A stretch of 62,207 bases of DNA, filler included, from Hausera hauseri (lineage: Eukaryota), in NCBI GenBank assembly GCA_046269625.1. It is 8 parts of 8 records of this genome, joined end to end, with 100 filler letters (N's around TTAATTAATTAA, not from the genome) between each part and the next. Parts side by side here need not be neighbours in the genome. Positions count along the whole stretch, not along the records: positions 1 to 4,279 come from JBJURY010660997.1; positions 4,380 to 9,436 come from JBJURY010348935.1; positions 9,537 to 18,454 come from JBJURY010504352.1; 5 more parts are not named here. One strand, 5' to 3'. Position numbers and translations under genes: made by a program. Below the pieces are notes generated by a model. The model ran no database searches, was not told where the DNA came from, and was given only the letters and a program-made list of their open reading frames with translations. Shown here piece by piece: positions 1 through 13,165 of the stretch; positions within the stretch are counted from its first letter, which is position 1, and every line of letters begins with the position of its first letter.

Positions 1-129
1 ATTATTGTTACGGAAATTCGAATTATTTATTGATTTTCCCAAAATTGACCTCCGTGTCCTGATTGACTGCACGATAGTCGAAATGTTATTGACACGCTCA
101 GGAATGCCGCCAGTGATGTCGCTCCTCAG

Positions 130-528
130 ACATCCTTGACTGCAGTCAGCCAATAAATTATAATGTGATAGAAAATCGGACCCTAGAATTGCCGTCTGGA
201 CGTTAGCAACTATAAACATCTAGTAGAAAGGGGAAGGAAATTTTGGTAAGATGAAGGATAATTTAGCCGTACCAGAAATGTGCGGCGGTTGACCTGAAGC
301 GGTGTATAAGGGTTTAATTCTGAATGCTGAATTTTGTACAGGAAAAGATTGTGGTAATAAGGAAATCGCTGCACCCGTATCAATAAGGAAATTAACGGAT
401 TGCGTTGTAGGAGCGGTGATTGCAGCCTTTAGAGTAAAGACAGCAAAAGAGGCGTATCGGAATTCAGAAAGTGAAGTAGTGCCTTTGCCAGAGTTTGCCG
501 TGACTTCTGGCGGAAAATTTAGTTTTTT
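130..528 (-). pseudogene. pol: Retroviral-type aspartic protease (pol start, copy 1)
   Basis: KKLNFPP...FLIDTGAAISLLP...IVANVQTAILGSDFL, with one in-frame stop. Confidence 0.88.
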
Positions 529-1563
529 GAAAAGGTGAACTAGGACGACTATTAGAAGAAAAGGTAGTGCGTCCGTCATTCGTATCTGGTTCGAAAGTGC
601 AACCTGAAATGCATTTACTGGCTTGATTTTTAAACAAATTGCAAACAACGGTGTCTGAAGAAAAACTTTTGTTGTAAAATTTGCACCCTAGGCAGCATTT
701 CTTGGCATTTTTATTAAATCTGCTGTGATAGTAGCAGATAGATGACCGCGCAGGCGATGATGACCGGTTTCTAGATGCAGAAGGGGCGCGGTCAGCAGCA
801 AAATCCTTTTGTTTATATTGTTAATTGTTCCTTGTAGTGCTGTATTTTTGGCACGTAACTGATTTAGTTGTTGTTCTATTGATGTGTTATTGTTTTGGAC
901 ACTGGTAGTGGCAACTTCCGCCGAAACGACTGGTAGAGAATTTACGTGTAGAACGTCGAGTGTTTTATCGACTAATTCGGCCAATTTTTCAAGAGCCGTG
1001 GAGTCCTACAGCACGGTAAGTAGAGCCCAAATTTGGATGGGTAGCGCATTAAGAAAGTAGTGGTGCAGTGGTTTGGAATTGTATTTTTTAGTGACGTCGC
1101 GAGTGTGTAGATGTGCTAAGGACGTGCGTATAAATTCTGATGGTCGTTGTGTGCCTATAGCATTGTCGTGGAAGAAGCGTTGTATGATGGTGTCCATTTA
1201 GGATTCTTTCATTTTAAGAACAGTGTTGGAAAGCTGTGAGTATGGGTCAGGAAGTTCAGATATTTCAAGCATGTTGTGAATTTGTGTTTTAATGTTGTTA
1301 AGGAGTAAGAAGAGGAGATTGTGTGCCTTGGTTAAAGGGTCGGTGATATTGTTTGCCTGTAACCATAGTTGACGGAATTGCATCGAAATGTTGCTGGAGC
1401 CTTGGTTGTCAATGAATAATTCGGTGCAATTAGGGAAAGGAGCGGAAGAGGTAGTAGGTGAAGCGTTGTTAACGGAAGTAGGGGTGAGTTTTTGAAGCAG
1501 TATTACAGGTTTTGGTTTCATGGCGGTTTCATCCGCGGTGTCTATGGTTGAGGATCAGTTCAT
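519..1563 (-). pseudogene. gag: Gag of copy 1 (stops and frameshifts)
   Basis: NCTELFID...WLQANNITDP...QRPSEFIR...YFLNALP, colinear with the Gag of copies 2 and 3; ends at AAAAAAC-TAA (528-519). Confidence 0.82.
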
Positions 1564-1565
1564 TC

Positions 1566-2537
1566 TGTGATGTCACATTCACCCAATCGGTTATTTGCAT
1601 GCAGAACTTGATATTTTAAAAAATTTGTTTTTGTTTAAATATAAAAATACATTATGGTAAATTCTGAAAGTAGTGGAATTTATTCCTTTTTAGCAGATTT
1701 TTGAGGTGATGTAAAGTTTTGTATTTTGGTATTATAATTATCAAAATTTTCAATTGATTTTCAAACTTCCGTCATCGCAATGAGCCACCCGTTTTTAAGC
1801 AAATTACCCAGGTATAAACGTACGAAATTGGAATTATATATTTAAAAACTCAGAGCCAAATGCAAATGGCACAAAGCTCATGATTTAGCTACTCAAATTC
1901 GTAATGAAAAACCACCATTACAACTGGGGTCTCTCTATTATTTGACAATGGCTGAGGCGAAATGAAAAAATTTCTTAATGAAGAAGGTTCGATATCTGGC
2001 GATGAAGCAATAGAAATCATAGAAAACATTGACGATGTATTGTTATCGGTGGACGAAGGATATAAACTGGAAGCCAAAATATTTCTGGCCAAATTGCGGT
2101 ATATTCAAAAAAATATATTAGGACGCCATTAACTCATTAGAAACGTTAGATCTAAACAATTTTCGACTGGAGTCGGGTTGTGCTAGACTGACTAAATTGA
2201 TTAATGAGTCACTTGGAATAATCGATTTGAGTTTTGGAGGAAATGTGCGGCAATAAAGACGATAGTGCATGTCCACGAAGTAACAAAGACGCCCCCAATG
2301 AAATTTTTGACAGTATGAACCGTAATCTCCCATCAACTATGGTACATCAGGATTCGTTACATAAATCAGCGCCACTCGGCAGCATACCTCTTCAACCGTC
2401 TCAACCGTCACCATCCACTATAAGAGGATCATACCAAGAATTAATGTCTCCAAAATATCCTTTCGGTGGTATACAAACCATGATGGACTAACATCAGACC
2501 CTTCTACAACAGGAAGTAAAAATGAGAAAGCCCTACA
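1566..2537 (+). mobile_element. Solo-LTR-like insertion, 972 bp, TGTGATG...CTACA
   Basis: TGT/ACA termini; flanks CATTC (1561-1565) and CATGC (2538-2542) form a 5-bp TSD with one mismatch; starts with the same TGTGATG as the LTR after the PPT at 13157; removing it restores the UBL-Gag frame. Confidence 0.7.
1780..2200 (+). pseudogene. TTC7: Captured 5' fragment of tetratricopeptide repeat protein 7 inside the insert
   Basis: TKLELYI*KLRAKCKWHKAHDLATQI / LTMAEAK / EAKIFLAKLRYIQ resembles the TTC7A/B N-terminus (RLETEIERCRSECQW...LLLGESKLE...IMAKLNYVEG). Confidence 0.6.
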
Positions 2538-2755
2538 CATGCGACCGCGGATGCGGAAGTGTATGTGGAGGTGGATATAAGTTGAGGAAGGTTGCAGGGT
2601 CCCAACGAGAGGTACCGTAAAGCCTTGGTGTGTGAGGTAAAAGTCAGGTGGCGAAGAAAAATGGAGATGACGTTGTAAATAGCCGCAGTGTTTAAGTGTG
2701 TTAATGCGGCTGTGTAAATATGTTTATTATTTAAAAAAAAGAAGAGGGAATACGG
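2538..2755 (-). pseudogene. Ubiquitin-like domain upstream of Gag, copy 1
   Basis: PYSLFFFLNNKHIYT, then after one frameshift YLQRHL...DFYLTHQGFTVPLVGTLQPSSTYIHLHIHFRIRG(R)M; homologous to the copy 2 domain. Confidence 0.7.
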
Positions 2756-2924
2756 AGAGGTCGTGTAGCCATGGGCGTGTCGTGGGGCGTCAGCGAACGG
2801 TGCCGCCTGACCCAATGGTATACGGTGGGCGGCCGGGACTTCGGCCTCGTCGCGGAAAATCGCAAACGCCGGGGTAGCCGAGTTCTTTGCATGCAATGTT
2901 GCTCCATCGGTCACTTTCAAATCT

Positions 2925-3800
<876 letters not shown>

Positions 3801-3814
3801 ATTAGAACCGTTTC

Positions 3815-4279
3815 TCAGATTAGACGGGGGCTTCCTTGGTTGTTGTTTGCATGGACAAATAAATCCTTGCCTCTGAGTAGCGTTTGTTTCTTAGCTTGTT
3901 TGAAGTCGACAACGATCATATCGTTAGTATTCCTACTGGAGGTCGCATGGATACTAAGCGATGTTTCGTTGTTGGGTTTTTCTGATTTGTATAAACCTAT
4001 GTCAACAATGAGGTTCTTTGTTAATCCATCAGGCACCATAATAAACACCCTCTCGTAGAGTTTTACAACTTCCACTAATTGACCCATCAGTAATTTCCGG
4101 TTTTCCCATGGTTGTCAACGCAACTATTTTTCTCGTTCCAGGTCTACTAAAGCCAGTTTTCATTAGTTTCATACCAAATGCCTTTAAAATATCTATTCTC
4201 AAAATAACTTCCGGCCTGATTGTTTTTACTACTATCAATTCAATCTCATGTACTTCCTTATCCCACTCCACGTTGACTT
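3815..4279 (-). mobile_element. Fragment of another Gypsy pol (protease C-half and linker)
   Basis: HEIELIVVKTIRPEVILRIDILKAFG resembles the retropepsin ILG-D-L motif. Confidence 0.45.
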
Positions 4280-4379
4280 NNNNNNNNNNNNNNNNNNNNN
4301 NNNNNNNNNNNNNNNNNNNNNNNTTAATTAATTAANNNNNNNNNNNNNNNNNNNNNNNNNNNNNNNNNNNNNNNNNNNN
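4280..4379. other. Artificial contig spacer (N44-TTAATTAATTAA-N44)
   Basis: Identical 100-nt N-flanked six-frame stop linker, present 7 times in the window. Confidence 0.97.
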
Positions 4380-4945
4380 GTACATCGGGCTGTTGAGTTT
4401 GACCAGGATTATGTCTTTAAGGATTATATCGATCTAAACACTGCAAAGATGGCTGCAGCAAATAATCCTTTTAAGAAAGACTTTTTAAAGCTAAAGAACA
4501 ATAGTTTGTATGGCAAATTAGTTGAGAATCTGTTGAAAAGGTCAAATTTGAGACTGTGTAATAATGCTAAAAGTTAGTTACATATGCTAGCAAAGCCCGG
4601 TTTAAGGAAAGTATTATAATAGCTGATGACCTAGTTGCCGTTCTCCTCGATAAGGATATGGTTATATTACACATACTCTCATACATCGGTCAGGCCGTAC
4701 TTTATCTGTCCAAGTTACGGATGTATGAGATGAATTACATCGAGTTGGAGACGTATAGGCTACAGTTTATTTGTGAACTTAATATTATTGCCGGTGACAC
4801 AGACATCTTTGTCCTTGTATGTCGTGATGTTAACTTGCGAACGCAACTGTTACCGGCAATGATAGAAAAGGAACAGTCAGATACGTCAAACAATGACAAT
4901 AGTGATCCGCTGTACTCAACTCGTTTCAACAACAAACTTGAAAAG
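4380..4945 (+). mobile_element. Polinton/Maverick (adintovirus-type) protein-primed PolB fragment
   Basis: KDYIDLNT...KLKNNSLYGKLVEN (KxxxNSxYGK), YIGQAVLYLSKLRMY, GDTD motif C. Confidence 0.85.
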
Positions 4946-6984
4946 CTAATGCTAGACATCCGTCAATTCTTGAAGGTAGACACACGCCTATGGATATGGC
5001 TTGAGTTGTCAAGACTATTAAACACTCAAGAAAATCATCTAAACAGCAAAGTAGCTGCTATTCTTTGAAGACTCGACGACATTGTCGCAACACAAACAAG
5101 AATAACAATCATTTTAGATCCAGTCATCATCCGCCAAGTAATTGAGACAATGGATGACTTACTGCGATGAGAAATGCTTAAATTTGTGAAAGATTTAACT
5201 GTTTTCTTCCGTAAAAATCCAACAATGGCGACGCTTAAAACCATTCTCCAACACAAAACGGCTTATGCAAAGAGTAATCGCCGAAATAACAGTAACAATA
5301 AGGTCATGTCAAAAAACTAAAGAAGATCAAAATCAGATTACTACCCTGGTCACACAAAATGAAGAGTCAATCAAGCCAAACGAGAGATCTCAAATTATTA
5401 GTTAGAGAACACAAAAGAACAACAGCACAGTCACGCTCAGGCAACACGAAAAACAATGACGCAGGAATCCATCGGTCTAAAACGACTAGTTGGCCTGGCG
5501 AACGACTTACGCCAATCTCTGTTTAACAACAAATGCAACCGGCTGAAATTTCAAATCAAAACAATATTTCCGGATGATAAAAAAGCCTATTCGATGCCTG
5601 TAACACCATCAAACAAATGCTGCCAAACATGCCAGAGATTAAACCTACGTCCATAAAAATCAGAAACCTCACGCTCCTGAAAGTATTCTTCAACAGTTGC
5701 AAAAACGTCTTAACAGCAAAAGGCCGAGAGACGCCAATCAAGAATCACTTGTTATTCAAGCCAGGCTTATATTTGCTGCTAAAAGATTTTGACAGTAAAA
5801 ATAGCCCTAAAACCAATGAAAACGAGGAAAATTCTATTACACTGAGGCCTGTGGAGCACCAAGACCAAAGAAACAGTTACCGAAAAATTATAGCCACTGA
5901 AGAAAGAGACACTTGCAGTCGTGCGATTCGAAAGAGACATTTGCACTCGTGCGATTCGAACTCAAAAGAGGCGATCAACGGAGTTACGAGCAAGGTGAAA
6001 ATACTGTTATCTGATTTAGTGGACTTCGTAACAAACAAGAAATCAGCCTATGTAAGTTCAATCGAAGGACCAGATAGTATTCGAAACGAATGCAAAACGC
6101 TCCTTGATGAAATAATAACAAAATTGGATTCTCCTCTGCCAAAGGGTCGCCCAAAATGGATATTCTGCTTCCAAATCATAACAGAAATTATCAGCAAATA
6201 CATCTAGCACATTTCAAACTTGTGAAAGAAGACCCAGTTCCATTTAAACACCTATGGCCACATATTGGAAAAAGATTAAACAAAATTAATACCGTAACAG
6301 TCAACCAAAGTCGCAAATCACCAATGAATTGGCCAAATTTCGATAGGATAGATGATTCATATACAGTAAACCGTGAAATTTAGAAATACCTACCAACTTC
6401 CCTACTGATCAAAACTTCAGCATAAGAACGTTCACGTCTAAACACTCAATTCAAAAATGCTGCACTTCAAAAGAAGCTAGTTAAAACACTAGACAGCTTT
6501 TTGAAACACTGTCTTCAAGCAATAAATTACCCGCTTACAGAAACGACCTTCAGTACAGTGAGCGACATTTTGAACACAGAAAATCTCCTCTTTCAAGCTG
6601 CGTTCAACAATGATTTAAGCGCATTTTTGGATTTCGAAGATCATTTTTCCAAAAAAGACCAACAAAAGGTTAACGACTCAAATTGCATCAGACTCAGTAA
6701 TCAATCATTGCCAGGTGTTTAGGGACATCCAACATGACATAGAATGTCAAAGTTCAGACACTTAACCAATGAAACAACTCAGAACTGGTGCACAAGGGGA
6801 TCCAAACACCAAAGACAACAGCGTTGAAGAAGACAACACACTTGATGTTCATGGGACAAATAAAACTTCTACTAATCCCAGCTCCGTAGCCAGCTGCGAC
6901 GCCTAGAGCGAATTTCCGACAGCAACATCCTATCTATCAGGTGCTAAAGAACAAGAGAATCATAACGTGGAAGATAATGTTCAG

Positions 6985-7400
6985 ACATCCAGAAAACGAA
7001 TGGTTCTACGAAGAAGATATACTATCATATGTCAGGATTTTCAACATGCCACAAAACATCAAGCTTATCACACCAACAATATTCATTAACAGCTACAACA
7101 AACTCATCCCACTGAAAGAGAAATTGAAAACATCGACACTATTCTTGTACCAACTGTCTTCGATGACCATTTGTATCTACTAGCAGTTAACATGGATAGA
7201 TACGTAATCCAAGTTCTTGATTCCCACTACGACGACTATGGTCTGAAAATAAAAGGTCACTGCAAGATGTGTATCTGCGAATGCATAAGATGATTAACTT
7301 GACCACTCTGACTTGGGAAAAATTTCCGACGAAATTACAAAACAGAAAAACTCAGTTGACTACGGTCCATATATATGTGGATTCATTGGCCACTTTTGTG
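6985..7400 (+). pseudogene. Ulp1/C48 protease domain 1
   Basis: EWFYEEDILSY; VPTVFDDHLYLL...IQVLDS; KQKNSVDYGPYICGF (QxNxxDCG with C>Y). Confidence 0.75.
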
Positions 7401-7604
7401 ATGGAGGACCATGAGAAGACATCAAATTTGATAAAATTCGACTAGTGGTTGAAAAACGCAAAACCCAAAGTAACGTTGATGACGAGAGGGACTCTGTCAC
7501 GATGTCAACAGGACCGTCGACAGAAGAACAGTTAGATTCATCCGGACTAGAAACAAAGGAAAGTTGATTCACCTTTAGGAGTATTTACAGCGGAGTTCAA
7601 AACA

Positions 7605-8080
7605 ACGTTGATGAAGACTGGTTCTGCGATGAAGACATCGCGTTATACCGCACCACAATACGCACTCCTGAACAAACCTTCACTGTTGATCCGACATGGT
7701 TTGCTTCTTCAATTTTCAATCATGAAACAGTATTTCATTCTACTGTTGAAGGGCTTCGAAATAACGAAACAATACTCTTTCCAGTTACAGACAGAGGGAA
7801 CTAGATTTTACTGAAACTTTCAAAAACTACCGGCACTATATTTGAGATGCTTGACTCGTCTGCACATCCCATTGATAATGAAAGACCCAACCTGTTGGAC
7901 GAGATATGTATAGAATTACCAAACTTCCTCCTTTGTCAGCCGATCAAGCGGAAAACGGCATCGGTGGATGTGCCGAAACAGGAAAACAACATTGATTGCG
8001 GGCCCTTCGTATGTCATTTCATGATATCGATATTCTTGAAACCTCTAATCGACAGCCTAGATGCCACCAGCATGCGCCAA
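7605..8080 (+). pseudogene. Ulp1/C48 protease domain 2
   Basis: DWFCDEDI; FEMLDS; VPKQENNIDCGPFVCHF. Confidence 0.82.
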
Positions 8081-9436
8081 GAAGTTTTATCTCTAAAAAT
8101 CCATGAATCACTCAGAAAAGAAGACTCAACCAAGAAACTTCAAACAGGATACAAATACTCCTGCATCACGGACAATTGCAACAAAGAAAAATTCTGTTGA
8201 CAAAGAGGACTTGAAAGAGCATAATGAAATGGTTCACAAGATCTCGGGCAGTCAAAGAATTAGAATCATATGCAAATGCCTTAAACCGCTAAGGATTTGC
8301 GAGATGCATGACCACGTAAAATCATGTGACAAAACTGATGAGGAAACAAAAAACTACTCAAGGAAAAAATCTTCAAACTTGATTTAAGTGGCAAAAAGAA
8401 AGTCCTTAAATGTTCTCACCCAAATTGCGACAAAACAATAATAAGAAGGAGATTCAAAAGTCAATGTTGAGCCATAGGAAAGAAGGTCAATCCAAAGAGG
8501 TGAAAGCTGGTTATCTAGTAACATGCATTAAATGCCATGAAAAAATAAGCTGCGAAAAAATCTATTACACGTAAGTGAGATTCACAAAAACTCTAAGTGA
8601 TGGTCGCGGGATGAAGCCTCATTCAATTTCAACCTGAAACACAGTCAAAGCGCTGATTTCCAGATACATGCCACCAATCGCTGTTTTGTTTGATTCAACG
8701 TCAACAAAGCGCTTAATTTTGAAAGATGAGGACTTCATTCTACGTACAATATGTTTCGCAGATTTTGTGCACATCAACAATATGCTGCTTGATCTGCGTG
8801 GATCATGGACACGACTTAACCTTCCTAGCCTCGATTGAAGAAGGAACTTGCGAAACTGTTGATCCAGAAGCTTCTACAGGATATGGGGAAACCTCAAAAA
8901 CTGTTCATAACATAACATAAATGACAAACTACAAATCCCATTTTAGTAAAATAATGGTTGAAAAAAGAAATGAAAGTATTATAAAATTGCAAAATTACTC
9001 TGCATGTTACTGGCAAAATTGAAGAGATGCGAAATGACATTACATTTTGAAGTCCATATTACATAATCCTAGCTTTGTTGGCACAAGTATTTTCCACATT
9101 ATTAATCAGCATAAAGTTTTATACTTGTAGAATCTGTATAACTCGTAAAACTGCGACTAGCAGTAAAGTTTTGTTCCTTGTAAATATAACAATTTAATAA
9201 ACAAGCGTTTCATTAGAAATTACGATGCAAACTAAGAGATTAAAGTCAATGTATAATAAGTTGTGATTTCTTTGAGAAAAGCTGTCGTGCAAGAGATTAT
9301 GTCAATTTATCACTCTCTTAGAAGGGGGAAAATGCGGGTTCTTCCTCACCCCGGGGGGTGTGCTTATCGATAAATCGATAGTGCACACGGAGCACTGTCG
9401 ATCCGTAAAGTGCTAGGCGACAGTGCCGCTAGGCAC

Positions 9437-9536
9437 NNNNNNNNNNNNNNNNNNNNNNNNNNNNNNNNNNNNNNNNNNNNTTAATTAATTAANNNNNNNN
9501 NNNNNNNNNNNNNNNNNNNNNNNNNNNNNNNNNNNN
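9437..9536. other. Artificial contig spacer
   Basis: Same linker. Confidence 0.97.
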
Positions 9537-12500
9537 AGTTTTTCTGTTAAAAGCTGGATTGCTTCCCACCAATGCTTCACACATGGACTTCCTCATCGAT
9601 TCAGGAGCTGCCTTTTCGTTCCTTCCCTTGTCCTTCACTCCTACATCCACTATAGTTTCTTCTCCAACGCTTTTCTCTGCCGGTGGTCAACCGTTGCACA
9701 TCGCAGGTACCACGGAACTGATTTTCACATTCGCCAAATTGCCAAATAAGTTTGCCTGGAATTTTCATGTGGCTAATATTAAATCCCTTACAATCGGCTC
9801 AGATTTTCTTGCCGCGCATGATCTGCTAGTTGACTGCAAGTATCGCTGTCTGCTGCGCAGAAGCTACGTCGTGGATAATAACAAATATCTAACAAACAGC
9901 CCAGTAGAAACTCCGTTGTTTTCGGCTGTCAACTCGCGTGTGAATTTGAAAACTTGATTATCGTCTAATAACGGTGCATTTAGTACTTCATCCATTTCAT
10001 CCATCACACCAAACGTATCTAAGTCGGTTTTAAAACAACCGAGTAAACGGTGCGTTGATGGTGGCAGTTACGGTTGTTCTTCGCCAATACCGTTAACTGT
10101 CGCTTCTGATAATATGTCTCAATCATTTTCGTCGCTGGATTCCAATCTCAAATCTTATATCACAACTTCTTGTTTCCGCACACTTAAAAAGGACGTCAAC
10201 TTCAAGCCGCTTTCTACAACTTATCGCCATATAGTCATGAAACACCAAAGACCTATCAAACAAAAGGTCAGACCACTATCACCCATTAGGCGAAAAGCCA
10301 TTGAACCAGAGTTCAATGAACTCGAAAAGGCTACCATTATTCGAAGATCAAAGTTACCATGGGCTTCCCAATTGCATGTAGTAACAAAGAAAGATGGCAC
10401 TTACAGACCATGTTGTGACAATCGACAGTTGAACAATCGACCAGCCCTGAATGCTTACCCTTTACCTCTGATAAAGGACATCCTGCATAACCTAACCAAT
10501 ACTAATACTTACTCCACAATTGATTTGCATAAAGCTTATCATCAAATTCCGGTTGCACCTGATGATATTCCAAAAACTGCCCTTAATTCTCCATTTGGCC
10601 TCTATGAATTGGTATTTGGTTTACGTAGTGATTCCCAAACTTTTCAACGACACATTGATACCGGCCTGTCAGGCCTTGACTTTGCTCATCTATACACTGA
10701 TGACATATTAGTTGCCTCCACATATGTTAAACAAGATCAAGAACACCTCCGTATTATCTTTCACAGACTACATCACAGCAATTTTCAAGTCAATTTTTCC
10801 AAGTGTCATTTCTTTCAAAAATGTGTTAATTTCTTAGGCCACGTGAGCACTTCTCACGGCCACTCTCCACAACCGGATCGACTACAACAGTTGAAAAAAA
10901 TAACGCTATCAACGACTACTACGAATATGAGGAGTTTCTTAGGCACGCTCCAATTCATCCACAAATACCTACCGCATTGTTCTGAGCTTACGGCACCTTT
11001 CGCACATCTATTATCCGGAAAAAAGAGGCAGTTAATCCACTGGTCTCCTGATTTAGTCACCAAATTCGATCACCTACGCGAAGGCCTAAAAACCGTCGAA
11101 ATACTAGCCCATCCAAAGCCCAAAGCAGATCTTATACTTACCACGGATGCCTCTACCACAGCTACCGGTGTAGTACTGCATCAAACCTCTAATGGCCTCG
11201 ACGAACCATTAAAATTTTACTCCAGAAAACTCACACAACCCGAAAGCCGTTACTCTACCTTTGACCGTGAGTTACTCGCCATAGTTCTGGCAGTAAAACA
11301 TTTGAAACACTTACTTCTCTCTCGTCCATTTGTTATTCAAACTGACCACAAACCTCTCTTGCATATCATATCTTTAAAACAACCATCACCGAGGCAAGAA
11401 GGACACATATCATACTTGTCTACATTCAGTTTTGTTTTACAGTACATCTTAGGCATAGACAATTTGGCAGAAGATTTTCTATGAGGTCGGTTGGCTCCAT
11501 TACAATTGAGCCGATTTTCTCATCCGCAGCATTAAAGGCAAATCAACTATCCGCTCACTTCCTTAGCCTTTTCAAATCCTTCGAAATCATTGATATGTCG
11601 AATTCCGGTAATAAAAATATTATTCTAACTCCACATTTACAAAAGCCAGCCTTCCTTCATACGCATTCACTCCATCACCCAGGCTCGAAAGCAACCTTTC
11701 GCCTGCATCAACGTCATGCAGTTTGGCCATCAATGCGCAAAGATGTACAGGGTTGGATTAAGGAATGCGTAGACTGTCAAAAATAAAAAATCAACAAACA
11801 CATCAAACCGCAGCTTTATCATTTCCCCTGTATATTACGTTTTCATACGGTTCATCTTGATCTCGTTGGTCCTTTACCTTATGACAACAGATATCAATAT
11901 ATCCTTACTATGATGGATCGTGCTTCTCGCTGGCCTGAAGCCGTTCCTCTTCGTTCAACGAAATCTGTTTCGGTAGCCGACGTCTTCATAAAAATCTGAA
12001 TCAGCCGTTTAGGTTCCCCACGTAATATAATAACGGATCAAGGTCCGAAATTTGAATAGAAACTCTTCAAAGCACTTGCTAAACGCTTGGAGATATCCCA
12101 TTTCCATACTACACCATATCATCCTCAAACAAATGGCCTCCTTGAAAGGTTTCATCGAACAATGAAAATCTCTTTAAAAATCTTGGCTGACAATCATAGT
12201 AATTGTACGTCTATTCTACCATTTGTTCTACTAGGGTGGCGCAACACAGCCTCAACCACTACCAGTTGTGCTCCAGCCGAGGCACACTTTGGGACTCCAG
12301 TTCGGGCTTTATTTGAACTTTCTGATCTTGGCGACAACCCCATAGACGACAACATTCGTGCAGCACAGTCTGACTTCGTCGAGGTCAGCTCAGACTCGTT
12401 CTTTCGTCTCTTTAACAACAAAAAATTGTATATTCCGAAGGATTTATACTCCGCCAAGTTTGTGTGGCTGAAGGATCAATCGCCTTCGGGTTTTAGACCT

Positions 12501-13030
12501 TAATATGTTGGCCCATACAAACTGTTGAATCTCTCATCTCATACAGCTATCATTTTGCGCAAAGATAAACCTTACAACGTTCACATTTTAAATTTGAAGG
12601 CAGTTTTATTCATTGATGACTATCCAGATGCCAATTCTACCTCCAACTCCAACTCAATTCCTACTCCTTCCGATTTTCTAAATTATTTTGCGCCGTTGCA
12701 GCAGTCACTGTTTTGTCAAACTCAATCATCATCATGTCAACCATCCATCTCGCCTCCCTCTCCGTCATCATGTTCACTACTTTCTTCACCTCCATTACTT
12801 ACGTCGACTGTTTCATCACCTTCAATTGCATCGCCTTTTTTGCTTGATTCATTTTCTTCATCACCCTCATAAGCTTCATCACAACCAATACCGCACATTG
12901 AACCAGCTAATCTCACAAAACTTCCACCACAAAATACCACTCAACAGCCCAGAACAAATCAATCGAGTAAGACACGCAGAGTGACATTTAGTGCCTACAG
13001 CAAAGAAAAGTTCTTTGATGGTACACAACA
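9537..13030 (+). mobile_element. pol: Gypsy pol (PR-RT-RNaseH-IN-GPY/F), decayed; same family as copy 1
   Basis: FLIDSGA; YPLP, IDLHKAYHQI, YTDD; LTTDAS, DRELLA, TDHKPL; HHPG..CVDCQK, HLDLVGP, TDQG, NGLLERFH; YVGPYKL. Confidence 0.95.
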
Positions 13031-13146
13031 CCTGATACATACTAAAACCGAATAGGCACTAAACATTGTTTCTTTGTTACTTCATTGTTTTCTTCTTCAT
13101 TATCCTTTCATTACTTTTTACCTTTACATAGATTTTCTTTTGCCAC

Positions 13147-13165
13147 GGGAGGGTGATGTGATGCC
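13147..13165 (+). promoter_or_regulatory. Polypurine tract and start of 3' LTR (GGGAGGGTGA|TGTGATG)
   Basis: Purine-rich tract about 120 nt after the pol end, immediately followed by TG. Confidence 0.7.

Larger units (their letters stand above)
1..2920 (-). mobile_element. Gypsy LTR retrotransposon copy 1 (CsRn1/Kabuki-like): leader-UBL-Gag-PR, cut by the window edge and interrupted by an insert at 1566-2537
   Basis: Gag pieces in ORFs 1198-1521, 1006-1197 and 688-984; CHCC knuckle ICYYHSRFNKNAKKCCLGC near 690-745; protease FLIDTGA and ILGSDFL. Confidence 0.88.
4950..8930 (+). mobile_element. Decayed long ORF, probably an RT-deleted RLE non-LTR retrotransposon (NeSL-like) with two Ulp1/SENP C48 protease domains and zinc-finger remnants
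   Basis: Two Ulp1 motif sets; CKC...HDHVKSC; C-terminal MLLDLRGSW...KELAKLL resembling an RLE endonuclease end. Confidence 0.55.

Noticed and set aside
220-648. ORF 220-648 as a standalone 142-aa protein
   Set aside because: It is the -1 pol frame entered by frameshifting at 528-522; the part upstream of the slippery site overlaps gag.
4324-4335. Recurrent palindrome TTAATTAATTAA as a biological motif
   Set aside because: Always centred in N runs; it is an assembly linker.
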